A stretch of 63,156 bases of DNA, filler included, from an uncultured Methanoregulaceae archaeon (GTDB lineage Archaea > Halobacteriota > Methanomicrobia > Methanomicrobiales > Methanospirillaceae): assembly GCA_964530035.1 (NCBI GenBank). It is 5 parts of 5 records of this genome, joined end to end, with 100 filler letters (N's around TTAATTAATTAA, not from the genome) between each part and the next. Parts side by side here need not be neighbours in the genome. Positions count along the whole stretch, not along the records: positions 1 to 13,148 come from CAZGXZ010000063.1; 4 more parts are not named here. One strand, 5' to 3'. The position numbers and the translations under genes are program-made. Position 1 is the stretch's first letter. Each line of letters begins with the position of its first letter. Shown here piece after piece: positions 1 to 9,671 of this stretch. A model generated the notes under the pieces. That model was not told where the DNA came from and made no database searches. It worked only from the letters and a program-made list of their open reading frames with translations.

Positions 1-1
1 A

Positions 2-637
2 GGTGACGTCCCCGCCGGTCCTTGAGAGCATGACCAGTTCGTTGAGGAACTCCCGGAAGTGGGTGGAGGGGGTGTAGGACTGGAGCGAGATCATGGCTTC
101 GTAGAGGTCCTCCCCAAACAGCTCGACGTCGCGGACGACGATCCCGAACTCCCTCGAGACCTCACCGAACAGCTCGCTCTCCTCGTATACCCTCCTGATG
201 ACGTCGTACAGGGTTGTCGTCGTCGAGAGGGCCTGCATGAAGGTGATCGCGTATGGCAGGTCGATGTCAATCCTGACCTTCCTCCCCCGGGCAAGGATCT
301 GGGGCTGGTAATACATCGTCAGGAATGTGCCGGGGACGACCGCGACCATGAGGAGGACCAGGGACGGGAGGTGCGGGAGAAACCCGAAGAGTTCGATTTC
401 AAGCCCGGACCATGACATGATCCCCGCGAGTGCGAGGAAGGCTGCCGCCGCCCCCGCCGTCGACAGGAGGATCTCTCTCCGGTAGTCAGCAGGACTTTTC
501 GGAATGTGGGCGGCCCGGAGGCTCTTCCTTAAATCGGTGTCCGACAGGAACCCCCTGCCGCTTCCGCTGAGTATCCCGGCAAGGCGTTGCTGTGTACCGC
601 CTGTGCCTGATTCATTCCTGGATCCGAACAAGGCCAT
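2..637 (-). CDS. Type II secretion/type IV pilus platform protein (TadC/GspF/FlaJ family), runs off the window
   Basis: Manual translation from ATG at 637: MALFGSRN...two TM segments...RIDIDLPYAITFMQALS...FGEVSREFGIVVRDVELFGEDL; directly downstream of the secretion ATPase. Confidence 0.85.
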   Translation of the reverse strand, partial: MALFGSRNESGTGGTQQRLAGILSGSGRGFLSDTDLRKSLRAAHIPKSPADYRREILLSTAGAAAAFLALAGIMSWSGLEIELFGFLPHLPSLVLLMVAVVPGTFLTMYYQPQILARGRKVRIDIDLPYAITFMQALSTTTTLYDVIRRVYEESELFGEVSREFGIVVRDVELFGEDLYEAMISLQSYTPSTHFREFLNELVMLSRTGGDVT

Positions 638-655
638 GGTGCACCCCCGGGGTCC

Positions 656-2848
656 CTAGCCGGCCCTGCTGTCCACCCGGGAGTCCTGTCTCCCGAGGGA
701 GGGGCGTGCCCCGCGGCGTTTTCTTCCCTCCTCGATGGCGAGGGCTATCCTTCGTGTGCAGTCATGGAACGACTGGATCAGTTCCCCGGGTTCCTGGCCG
801 CCCGATTTCCGGAGGGCCAGGAGGTGGTCCCTCCTCATCGAGAGCTGGAGGGCCAGTTCATCGTTGTCCCAGCCGTGGATGTACGCGACCTCGGCAAGGA
901 CCTTCGAGGGTTCCTTTGTCCTTTCAAACTCGTCCGTGTGGGGGTTCCACGTGAAGATCGTCCGCCACCCGATCGCCTCCCCGCGTTCGACCACCAGCTC
1001 GTGGAGCGACTCGCACCTCCTGACGATGCGGCCGTCCCTGAAATGGATGGACTGGATGGCCATCATGTCAAGCGCCCCGAACATCGCGGGCGGTACGCTG
1101 ATCGGTTCATTGATGAGCCTGTTCACCGCCTCGTCGATTGACCCGGCATGGAGGGTCGAGAAGGTCGTGTGGCCGGTGTTCATCGCCTGGAACAGGGTCT
1201 GGGCCTCCCGGCCCCTGACCTCGCCCACGATGATGAACTCGGGCCGCTGCCGGAGGGAAGCCCGGAGAAGGGAGAACATGTCGATATCCGCCCGTGTTGC
1301 CGCAGCCGCGTTCTCCCTCGTGAGGGTCGGGAGCCAGTTGGCGTGGGGGAGCTGTATCTCCCTCGTGTCCTCCAGGGAGACGATCTTCGCGTTTGCCGGG
1401 ATGAAGAAGGATATCGCGTTCATCGAGGAGGTCTTGCCGCTCGCCGTCCCGCCGACCAGGATGAGGCTCTTCCGGTTCTCAACCGCGAGCCAGAGAAATG
1501 CAAGGACCTCCGGGCTGTACGTCATGAACTCGACGAGGCTCACGGGCGTGATCGGGTCGGACCTGAACTTCCTGACGGTGAATGAAGACCCGCGGGGCGA
1601 GACAATGTCGCTGTACGTCAGCTGGACCCGGGACCCCTCGGGCAGCGAGGCATCGAGGAGGGGTGAGGTCAGCGAGATCTGCCGGTCGGCCTTCTGGGCG
1701 AGTTTCTGGACGAACCGGTTCATCTCCTCGGGTGCATAGGTCAGGTTCGTCGGCATCGAGGCATACCTCTTGTGGAATACGAATACCGGGATGTCGTGGC
1801 CGTTGCAGGAGATGTCCTCGAGTTCCTCGTCGTGCATGAGCGGGTCGAGCCTGCCGTAGCCGAGGAAATTACGTTTCAGGTAGTAGTACAGCACGCGTGA
1901 ACGCCTGTCGCTGATGGCAGGGTCAAAGGTCCTGATGACCGGGAGAGCCCGGCTGTAGGGGAGCGTCAGGGTCCCGCGCTGACGGGGGGCGTCGAATATC
2001 ATGACGTCCTTTAAGTAGGCATGCGACTCCTCGAGGATGACCACCTCGTTCGGCGTGATCCAGGGCTCGATGATTTCGTACTTCACGCCATGCAGGAAAT
2101 CACGGACGATACGGGCGTATGCATACCCAGGGACGAGCCAGTACCGCTCGATGACGCCGTTCTGGTCGTCATCATGGAGCCTCGGGAGGGGCGGGACCTC
2201 GGTCTCGTCCGCCTGGAGGGGGTCGGGGGTCGCCCGTAACGGCGTCTCCTCCCGGAATATCACCTGTTCCCAGATCTCGGCATCGGGAGCTTCTTTTCCC
2301 GGGAGGAGCATGAAGTCAGGGTAGGTGTCAGGAGTCTCTTCGATCTCCCCGGATGAGGCATCTTCCGGTTTTTTCCGGCTAAGTGCCGGTACATGGATTT
2401 TCTTCACGAATGACCTGAACGACCCGGGAAGACCGGGCAGACGTACCCTGAAGAGCGAGGCTGTCCCGGAGTCGGTCCTTACCGCCCGGGGAGTCTTTCT
2501 CCTGGAAAAAAAGGAAAATGATAGGAATTTTGGCAGGAGGGGCACTCTCTTCGTCCCGCGGTTCACCGTTTTTTTTGCTGGTGCCGGGGGGACTTTCTTC
2601 TGCACAACAGGACGCGGCATTCTTTTTGCTGCGGGTTTCTGGCGTTGCAGCTCGGAAAAAGAGATGACCATGAGGACGATGACCGCCCCGAGCATGACCC
2701 CGAACACGGCGAGCTTCAGTTCGTAGGGGACGTCGATGAACACCACGGATATCCCGGTAGCCAGGATGGCAGCGACCAGCACCACGAGGACGACCGGCAT
2801 GGACATGAGCGGTGAACCGCGCCTCCTGCCGCCCCTTTTCACGTTCAT
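656..2848 (-). CDS. Type IV pilus/type II secretion assembly ATPase (FlaI/VirB11/CpaF family) with hydrophobic N-terminal extension
   Basis: Walker A GGTASGKT, SLEDTRE Asp box, LRQRPEFIIVGEVRG Walker B, AMNTGH...STLHA His box. Confidence 0.93.
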   Translation of the reverse strand: MNVKRGGRRRGSPLMSMPVVLVVLVAAILATGISVVFIDVPYELKLAVFGVMLGAVIVLMVISFSELQRQKPAAKRMPRPVVQKKVPPAPAKKTVNRGTKRVPLLPKFLSFSFFSRRKTPRAVRTDSGTASLFRVRLPGLPGSFRSFVKKIHVPALSRKKPEDASSGEIEETPDTYPDFMLLPGKEAPDAEIWEQVIFREETPLRATPDPLQADETEVPPLPRLHDDDQNGVIERYWLVPGYAYARIVRDFLHGVKYEIIEPWITPNEVVILEESHAYLKDVMIFDAPRQRGTLTLPYSRALPVIRTFDPAISDRRSRVLYYYLKRNFLGYGRLDPLMHDEELEDISCNGHDIPVFVFHKRYASMPTNLTYAPEEMNRFVQKLAQKADRQISLTSPLLDASLPEGSRVQLTYSDIVSPRGSSFTVRKFRSDPITPVSLVEFMTYSPEVLAFLWLAVENRKSLILVGGTASGKTSSMNAISFFIPANAKIVSLEDTREIQLPHANWLPTLTRENAAAATRADIDMFSLLRASLRQRPEFIIVGEVRGREAQTLFQAMNTGHTTFSTLHAGSIDEAVNRLINEPISVPPAMFGALDMMAIQSIHFRDGRIVRRCESLHELVVERGEAIGWRTIFTWNPHTDEFERTKEPSKVLAEVAYIHGWDNDELALQLSMRRDHLLALRKSGGQEPGELIQSFHDCTRRIALAIEEGRKRRGARPSLGRQDSRVDSRAG

Positions 2849-3135
2849 AACGAATCACATCCCCCTGAAACAGGTGCTTTTCCTGTTGTCCTGCAATGAT
2901 CCGGGAAGGATCTCCCTGGTAATAATGATAGTAATGATTGAATTTGTTTTACAATAGTATCAGAATTAGAAGATAATATATCATTTGATATGCTACAAAA
3001 AGTAGATTTTGTACTATATGATGTGAGGATTCGCATGTGTGTACGGTCGAGAAAAGCATGCCACTTCAGGGGCCGGAATATCAGCAGGAGACAGAACCGG
3101 CGGATTTTATACCTGGCGGATGACATTTTATAATA

Positions 3136-3910
3136 ATGGTACCCCGCGCCCTGGCCCTGGTCATCCTTGTTGCCGTTGTCCTGTCGGCGTGCACTCCGGG
3201 GTGTGTGAAGGTGAGCAAGGCCGGGGAAAAGGAGCCTGGGTCCGGACAGCCCGAAGATGTCCCCGAGCCCCGGGTCATTCCCAATGAGGAACAGGCCCCT
3301 CCTGCAACCCAGCCGCCCGTTATCCCGGCTGGGACACCTGTTGCGGTTGCAACGACCCCCTATCCCGGCAGCTCGGTGACCGATAGCCTCCCTGACCTGC
3401 CGCCTGACCCGTACCAGGTGCCGAACGGTTCCGTCCCCGAGTCCATCGAGACCGGAAAGGCCATCCTCACGCCGATATACCATGCCTCCTTTGCAGACAT
3501 GCGGAACGAGTCCCGGGGGCTTCTCGTCGACGTCGTCACCCCCCCACTCCGGATCTCCTATACTGTGACGAAGAGAAACTGGGCTGACTACAATGACAAG
3601 CCCCTTTCCGACAACCCCCGCTGGAGTTATTTCGTCGTGACCGTCCGNNNNNNNNNNAGAGCGCATCTCGGACGGCGAGATCATCGAGGTGCAGCTGCTC
3701 GGCGAGGACGGTTTCGGGTATATCTACAGCACGGACGAGAAGAAGGAGATGTACTTCTACCGGCAGGGGACATACCATGTCACCTTTACCGGGAACATGG
3801 TCGATGCGACGATCATGCTGTCCACGGGGGACGCCCCAGACCAGGTACGGCCCCTCGTGACACCGACCCCGCTCCCCCCGCCTCCCGAGGAGGAACTGCC
3901 GGTCGGGTGA
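3136..3910 (+). CDS. Secreted/lipoprotein hypothetical, interrupted by a 10-N gap at 3648-3657
   Basis: Signal peptide ending in PGC, Pro/Thr-rich linker; coding frame resumes in ORF 3689-3910 after the gap. Confidence 0.65.
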
Positions 3911-3969
3911 TGACGGTTTCATCCTTTTTTCCTCTCCCCCTGATGGTGACGGGTTCCATCCATTCCTGT

Positions 3970-5049
3970 TCAAAAGCCCCCGTTCTCCCGGATACACGCA
4001 CCCAGCCCATGAAGCGCCCGGGCGACCTCCCCGGGGATGACCGTTTCCGGGGGGCCCTCCGGGACCGGGACGGGTGCACCGGGGTCCCTGATCGTGGCGT
4101 TGATGATCCTCAAAGCGGTTTCCTTCGCCGTATATCCGGGGATGAGCCCCCACGCGGCCTCGTCTGCAAGGTGGAGACATGCCGCCGCTGCCGCGACGAG
4201 GGCCGGGTCGGTTGCACGGGCATGCCCGGCGGTCCCGGGGGGCGACCGGGTATCGGCCGTCTCCCGCCTGAAACGTGACAGGCGGACATCCACGTCCATC
4301 TGGGAGGCAGGGGAGAGCCCGGTCTCCCGTTCGAGGGCAGTGGTCACGGCCCGGCCGACCGCGTCCGCTATGAGCCATCCAAGGACCGAGTGGGTCCCGG
4401 CGTCCGTGAGGCTGACCGGCGAGGCCGGGTCGGTCACCACCGCGATCATGTCGGTACCCGAGCCGGTCGCGATCCCCGTCGAATACCGGCTCGGGGCCGC
4501 GAGGGCCTGCAGGGCTGCCGCCTTGGCCTCGGTTGCGGTCATGACCGCCCGCACATGGGCGTACTCCGGCAGTGCGGCGTTGATGACGAGGATGGTGTTG
4601 ATGGTCCCGGCAACCGGGCTGAAACGTCCGTTCTCCTCATAGTAGGACGGCGGGTCACCGGCCCTGCACCCGTTGACGTCGATGCCTGCGGTGACGATGG
4701 CCGACACAGACAGGTCCTGGTGGTGTCCTCCGGTGAGAACGCTGTTGCCCATATCGGCCGCGGTCATGAGGCCGGCGGAGGTCCCGGGGTCAAGGCCGGC
4801 AAGCAGGGCGGTTTTCGCCAGGTATTCCCTGATGTCGGGCACCGCGTCGCTGCTGCCGCTGCAGAAGTCCTTCGGCACCTGGTGGTTGAACACCGCGGCG
4901 AGGTCCCGGCGGAACCCGCCGTTCAGCCATGACGTGCTGAGAACGTGCCTTGGCCCCGGGAACTTCAGGACGAGGCTGTCCGGAGACCTGGCAAAGACCT
5001 CCTTTCCCGGGAGGAGACCAAGGACCGGCATGGACCGGGGGATGGACAT
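3970..5049 (-). CDS. cbiZ: Adenosylcobinamide amidohydrolase
   Basis: LSTSWLNGG, GLMTAADM, VTAGIDVN, GTINTI, TATEAK, ATGSGTD motifs; start chosen at ATG 5049 behind GGAGG; downstream of btuCD. Confidence 0.9.
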   Translation of the reverse strand: MSIPRSMPVLGLLPGKEVFARSPDSLVLKFPGPRHVLSTSWLNGGFRRDLAAVFNHQVPKDFCSGSSDAVPDIREYLAKTALLAGLDPGTSAGLMTAADMGNSVLTGGHHQDLSVSAIVTAGIDVNGCRAGDPPSYYEENGRFSPVAGTINTILVINAALPEYAHVRAVMTATEAKAAALQALAAPSRYSTGIATGSGTDMIAVVTDPASPVSLTDAGTHSVLGWLIADAVGRAVTTALERETGLSPASQMDVDVRLSRFRRETADTRSPPGTAGHARATDPALVAAAAACLHLADEAAWGLIPGYTAKETALRIINATIRDPGAPVPVPEGPPETVIPGEVARALHGLGACIRENGGF

Positions 5050-5053
5050 GTAC

Positions 5054-5845
5054 CTAGGTCCTCCCGGGAGGGGTGCCACACGGCCCGCAGCGACCGCCGG
5101 GGTGCCCGTCCTTCGCCGGAATACCCTCAAGGAACGTCCTGCTTACATCGAATGCCCCGGGTTCCCGGACCTCGATGATCCGGCATGCCTCGTCAGGCAG
5201 GCGTTCCATGACCATGCTGAAATCGATGGTACCGGTACCGCACGCCGCATGGGTATCGCCCGTGCCATCATTGTCATGGATATGGACATGCCCGGGAGAG
5301 CCTTTCTCAAGAAAATCCCCGAGCATTCCGTTGAGGTGGGCATGCCCGACGTCAAGGACGAACAAAAGGCCCCGCTCGGTGACCTGGCTGATGAAGTCCG
5401 GGTGGCGGAAATGGCAGCACTCCCATCCCCCCATGTTTTCCACGCCAATCCTGACGGAATGCTCATCCTGCACCTGGGTGAGTTCGTCGAGGGATCTGAG
5501 GAGTGCCTGGAAAGACCGTTCCCGCGTCGTCTCCCACGAAGACATGCCGGGGTGGACCACGAGGGTTTTCGCACCGATCTCGTCGCATATCGTGCAGAGG
5601 TCCCGGATCACCGCGATACCCGAGGCCCGGAGCTTCCCGTAGACGCTCCCGAGGTTGATCTCCGAGCAGGGGGCATGGACCGAGTACCGTGCGTCGAATG
5701 AAAAGCAGGCCTCGTACGAAGTGAAGAGGTCGTGGTTTCCATCGGAGAGGATCTCTATCGTCCCCGTCCGTCCGCTGATCTCGTCGAGGGCGTCCACGAG
5801 CGGGAGGCCGGTCAGGCAATAGGTCGAGCATCCCATCTCGTTCAT
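5054..5845 (-). CDS. Xylose isomerase-like/AP endonuclease 2 TIM-barrel metalloenzyme (possibly CbiR-like)
   Basis: SVHAP, VVHPG, GVENM, LDVGHAH, HVHIHDN, DTH, IIE metal-ligand motifs; overlaps btuD stop by 4 nt. Confidence 0.85.
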   Translation of the reverse strand: MNEMGCSTYCLTGLPLVDALDEISGRTGTIEILSDGNHDLFTSYEACFSFDARYSVHAPCSEINLGSVYGKLRASGIAVIRDLCTICDEIGAKTLVVHPGMSSWETTRERSFQALLRSLDELTQVQDEHSVRIGVENMGGWECCHFRHPDFISQVTERGLLFVLDVGHAHLNGMLGDFLEKGSPGHVHIHDNDGTGDTHAACGTGTIDFSMVMERLPDEACRIIEVREPGAFDVSRTFLEGIPAKDGHPGGRCGPCGTPPGRT

Positions 5846-7095
5846 GGCACACCCCCGGCCCCGTCCTGGACCGCAGAGACTACCCCCCGGGTACCGGGCA
5901 CGACCACGGCTCCCTTCTCCTTCAGTCGTGCGATTATCGTGGTGGCTTCACCACCGGAGTAGTCCCACGTGCCCTCCGGGTTTCCGGGCGGGTCCATGAT
6001 GATGACCCGGTCCCCTGGCACATGGTCCAGCGCCCGCAGGTTGCCGATGTTTCCCGGCCCGAAGACCGACCTGACGAGGACGACACGGTCAGAGCCATGG
6101 ATCATGCCTTCCAGCTCACACAGTGCCCTCGTGGAGACCGGGGAGAAGGGTGGTTCACAGACGGCAGGTATGCCGAGGGCCCGGGTGGTGACATAGTCCG
6201 AGTCATTGGTGCACAATACCCCGCACGTTACCCGGCAGGCGGCGGCGTGGAGGGCCTGGATAACCCCCGACCCCTCGCCCCCTCCCGATATCACGTGGAC
6301 CCTCGGACGCGGTCCGTTCCCTTCCCGGGGTTTTTCAACCGGGGAGAACACCGGTTTCCCGGAGACCGGGTCCCGGCTGATGACGACATCGATGCCAAAG
6401 GCTGTCCTGACCGTCACGGGGGTTATCACGGCATCGGGTGGCCCCATCGCCAGGACCCGGTGGTCGTGGAGGAGGACCAGCCGGTCGCAGAAGGAAACGG
6501 CATGGTGCAGGTCATGGAACACCCCGATAACCGCGATCTCTCTGGACATCCTGGAAAGGGTGTGCAGGATCTCCAGCTGGTGCCCGATATCAAGGTGCGA
6601 GGTCGGTTCGTCAAGCAGGAGGAGCCTGGGCTGCTGGGCGAGGGCCCGGGCGATGACGACCCTCTGGAGTTCACCACCGCTCAGGGTCTTCACCGACCGT
6701 TCCGCGAGGTGAAGGGTCGCCGTCGTCTCCATCGCCTTGCGGCATATGGCGTAATCGGACGGCGTGAGCTGGCCGAACCTGCCGGTGTGGGGAAACCTTC
6801 CCATCATCACGATGTCACTGACCGAAAAGTCGAATTTCACGTCGGTGGACTGGGGGACGACCCCGACCGTCCGGGAAAGTTCGTCCGCCCGGAACTCCCT
6901 GACCTCCCTGCCGTCAAGCATGATCGTGCCTGATGACGGCCTGATGACGCGGCTGATGGCCTTTAACAGCGTGGTCTTCCCTGAGCCGTTCTGGCCGATT
7001 ATCCCGAGAAATTCCCCCGTGCCGGTATTGAAGGAGAGGGATTCGAGGATTTTCCTGGCACCGTACGCGATGGTGACGTCCCGAAGCTCGATCAC
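5842..7095 (-). CDS. btuD: Cobalamin/Fe-siderophore ABC transporter ATPase with C-terminal extension
   Basis: GQNGSGKTT, LSGGELQR, LLLLDEPTSHLD, VFHDL. Confidence 0.88.
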   Translation of the reverse strand: MIELRDVTIAYGARKILESLSFNTGTGEFLGIIGQNGSGKTTLLKAISRVIRPSSGTIMLDGREVREFRADELSRTVGVVPQSTDVKFDFSVSDIVMMGRFPHTGRFGQLTPSDYAICRKAMETTATLHLAERSVKTLSGGELQRVVIARALAQQPRLLLLDEPTSHLDIGHQLEILHTLSRMSREIAVIGVFHDLHHAVSFCDRLVLLHDHRVLAMGPPDAVITPVTVRTAFGIDVVISRDPVSGKPVFSPVEKPREGNGPRPRVHVISGGGEGSGVIQALHAAACRVTCGVLCTNDSDYVTTRALGIPAVCEPPFSPVSTRALCELEGMIHGSDRVVLVRSVFGPGNIGNLRALDHVPGDRVIIMDPPGNPEGTWDYSGGEATTIIARLKEKGAVVVPGTRGVVSAVQDGAGGVP

Positions 7096-8039
7096 GACCT
7101 CACCCTCCGTTTCAGGAGCATGATGAAGAAGGGGGCCCCGAAGAACGCCGTGATGACGCCTACCGGGACTTCGTTTCCCACGGTCCTCGCCAGGGTGTCG
7201 GACAGGACGAGGAGGATCCCTCCTGCAAGCATGGTCGCCGGGATGAGGATACGGTGGTCAGGTCCTACGAGGAGCCGGACCATGTGGGGCGTGATCAGCC
7301 CGATGAAGGCGATGCTCCCGGCTATGGCGACGGCGATCCCCGTGATGAGCGAGCTTCCGAGAAGGAGGCTTTTTTTCAGGAACTCCGTGTCGACACCCAG
7401 GTGGACCGCGTCCTCCTCGCTCACGGAGTAGATATTGAGTTCACGGGCGAAGAGGAGGAGGCCGAGGCTTGCCGGTATGATGATCAGCCCGATGGTGACG
7501 TCGTTCCAGGAGATGGTCCAGAACCCCCCCATGAGCCAGAGGAATATCTGGTGAAGGCTCTTTCCCGACGAATACATGAGGAATGAGAGGATTGCCGACA
7601 GGAACATCGAAACGGCGATACCGGTCAGGAGCAGCTGCTCGACCGCCATGGCCCTGCCCTCCCGGGCCAGCCCGTAGACGAGGACGCTCGCCCCGAGGCT
7701 TCCGATAAAGGCCAGTACCCAGTGAAACGCCCCCCCGATCAGGACGATGGAGAGCGCCGCCCCGAGGGCCCCGCCCGAGGACGTCCCGAGGAGGTAGGGG
7801 TCGGCCATGGCATTCCTGAAGAGTCCCTGCATGACCACCCCGGCCGTTGCAAGGCCCATCCCGACCAGGACGGCCGCTAAGACCCTGGGGAGCCTCACGC
7901 TGTACAGGATGGTCGATCCGGCCGGAGTTCCCTCGAGCCCGAGGTACGGCACGCCTGCAGGGCCGACGAGGGTACAGAGAATGATGATGATAACGAGGGC
8001 GATCCCCAGGACCAGGACGTACAGCATGTTTCCCTGCAT
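7092..8039 (-). CDS. btuC: Cobalamin/Fe-siderophore ABC permease (FecCD/BtuC)
   Basis: RLPRVL, QGLFRNAMADPYLLG, AFIGLITPH, VPVGVITAFFGAPFF. Confidence 0.9.
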   Translation of the reverse strand: MQGNMLYVLVLGIALVIIIILCTLVGPAGVPYLGLEGTPAGSTILYSVRLPRVLAAVLVGMGLATAGVVMQGLFRNAMADPYLLGTSSGGALGAALSIVLIGGAFHWVLAFIGSLGASVLVYGLAREGRAMAVEQLLLTGIAVSMFLSAILSFLMYSSGKSLHQIFLWLMGGFWTISWNDVTIGLIIIPASLGLLLFARELNIYSVSEEDAVHLGVDTEFLKKSLLLGSSLITGIAVAIAGSIAFIGLITPHMVRLLVGPDHRILIPATMLAGGILLVLSDTLARTVGNEVPVGVITAFFGAPFFIMLLKRRVRS

Positions 8040-8193
8040 GTAATTAAACTAATATTGTTTTTAGTAAAAAAAACTTTATTATTTTATACGATGGAGAAAA
8101 AGAGCGCCCCGGCCATCTTCACCCCGGCAATCATCAGAAGGGGAAGGTACCGGGCCATGTGCCATGGCCCTGATGACCGTCTGACAGTAGTGA

Positions 8194-8562
8194 TTATTCG
8201 CTTGTTCCCGACACCCGCGCTGTTTCATCGACGAGCGCCGCGAGGATGAACGAATCCACGCTGGCATAGGGCTCGCGGGTGATGACTGACGGTTTTTCTT
8301 CCCGGGTGTCCTCCCGCAGGGTTTCCTGGTGTTCCTCGGGACGGTGGACGTACCTGACCTCGTACACGGGTTCAGGACCGCGGAGTTCCGGGTGCTGCGC
8401 CTTCCCATATGCCATGGCGACCGTCCACCGGTCGTCGAGGATATCGACATAGACCGACGGGAGGAGGGTTCCCCCCGGGATATGCCTCTGGACTTTTAAT
8501 TCAAACAATTCTACGGCACTTTTTACCGTGCTTTTCGGTTGATAACCATAGTAGCGTGACAT
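8194..8562 (-). CDS. Hypothetical protein (122 aa)
   Basis: ATG preceded by GAGGT, same strand as neighbours, globular composition. Confidence 0.65.
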   Translation of the reverse strand: MSRYYGYQPKSTVKSAVELFELKVQRHIPGGTLLPSVYVDILDDRWTVAMAYGKAQHPELRGPEPVYEVRYVHRPEEHQETLREDTREEKPSVITREPYASVDSFILAALVDETARVSGTSE

Positions 8563-8657
8563 GCATTGTACCTCGTATCCGCTGCTGGGCCTGCAGTGGT
8601 TTGTCCTGGGACCCGGGCCGGTGACCCGCCCGGGGGGAGCACCCCGGTACCCGGAAG

Positions 8658-9671
8658 TTATCCAATGGCCTTCCTCATGGCCAGGAGCCCGGCCAGCGCT
8701 GCCAGCCCGACGGTTATCCCGTCCGGACCGGGCGAATGCTGCGGCTCCCGGTGACCCGTTTCGGGAACAGCGGCGCTGTTCAGATCAGGGTGGATGGCGG
8801 CTGCGAACAGTTCCAGGGCATCGACGATCCTGGGCCCGGCACGGTCCACGACGTCCGCGTCCACGATGAAGATCCGGTTGTTCCTGACCGCTGAGACCTG
8901 CTGGAACCGGGGCTCGGTCCTGAAGAACAGGGCGACACTGTCTTCTCCGCCGGTCATGCCGCTCCCGGAGTTCACGATGATGACCTCCGGGTCAGCCAGG
9001 ATGAACTCCTCGACTCCGGTGTTCTTCCACCCTTCAAGGTGCGAAAAGGCATTTGTCCCCCCGGCCGTCCTGATCATCTCGTCCTGGAAGGTGTTGTTGC
9101 CGCTTACGTACACCGGGTCATGCCAGATGACATGGGCCACCCTCGGGTGTTCTCCCGTGGACCGGCCAGCCTCCTTCACCCGCTCAACCCTCGCCGTCAG
9201 GTTACGTACAAGGTCCGAGGCGGTGGCCTGCGTCCCTGTCGCCTCGCCGACGAGCGTGATGTCGTGGAGCACGTCATCGATGGTCTTCGGGTTGAGGGCG
9301 ATGACGGTCAGGCCGAGGTCACGCAGGGAGGAGACCGGGTCATCGCCGTTGCCGTATGCGGCCACGATGAGGTCCGGGTCCTGTGCAAGCACCTTCTCGA
9401 TGTTCACGGTGCTGTACCCGCCGATACTCGGCTTTTTAAGCGCTTCGGGCGGATAGTTGCAGTACTCGGTCACTCCCGCCACCCGGTCGCCGAGGCCGAG
9501 GGCAAAGAGGATCTCGGTGTTCGAGGGGGAGAGGGAGATGATCCGTTCCGGGGTGCCGGTGAGCGTGACGCCTGTCCCCATGTCATCGGTTACCGTCAGC
9601 CCGGCCTCGCAGGGAACGGCGACTATCGTGATGACGATAAGGGAGAGCAGGATCAGAATGGTTCGTGTCAT
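8658..9671 (-). CDS. btuF: Cobalamin-binding ABC substrate-binding protein with C-terminal membrane anchor
   Basis: Signal peptide; PERIISLSPSNTEILFALG, VTEYCNYPPEA, RAGPRIVDALE; C-terminal SPG-hydrophobic-RK resembling PGF-CTERM. Confidence 0.88.
   Translation of the reverse strand: MTRTILILLSLIVITIVAVPCEAGLTVTDDMGTGVTLTGTPERIISLSPSNTEILFALGLGDRVAGVTEYCNYPPEALKKPSIGGYSTVNIEKVLAQDPDLIVAAYGNGDDPVSSLRDLGLTVIALNPKTIDDVLHDITLVGEATGTQATASDLVRNLTARVERVKEAGRSTGEHPRVAHVIWHDPVYVSGNNTFQDEMIRTAGGTNAFSHLEGWKNTGVEEFILADPEVIIVNSGSGMTGGEDSVALFFRTEPRFQQVSAVRNNRIFIVDADVVDRAGPRIVDALELFAAAIHPDLNSAAVPETGHREPQHSPGPDGITVGLAALAGLLAMRKAIG

Noticed and set aside
3648..3657. Apparent frameshifts in the lipoprotein here and in the subtilase at 14922-14931
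   Set aside because: The frame changes coincide with 10-N placeholder gaps of unknown true length
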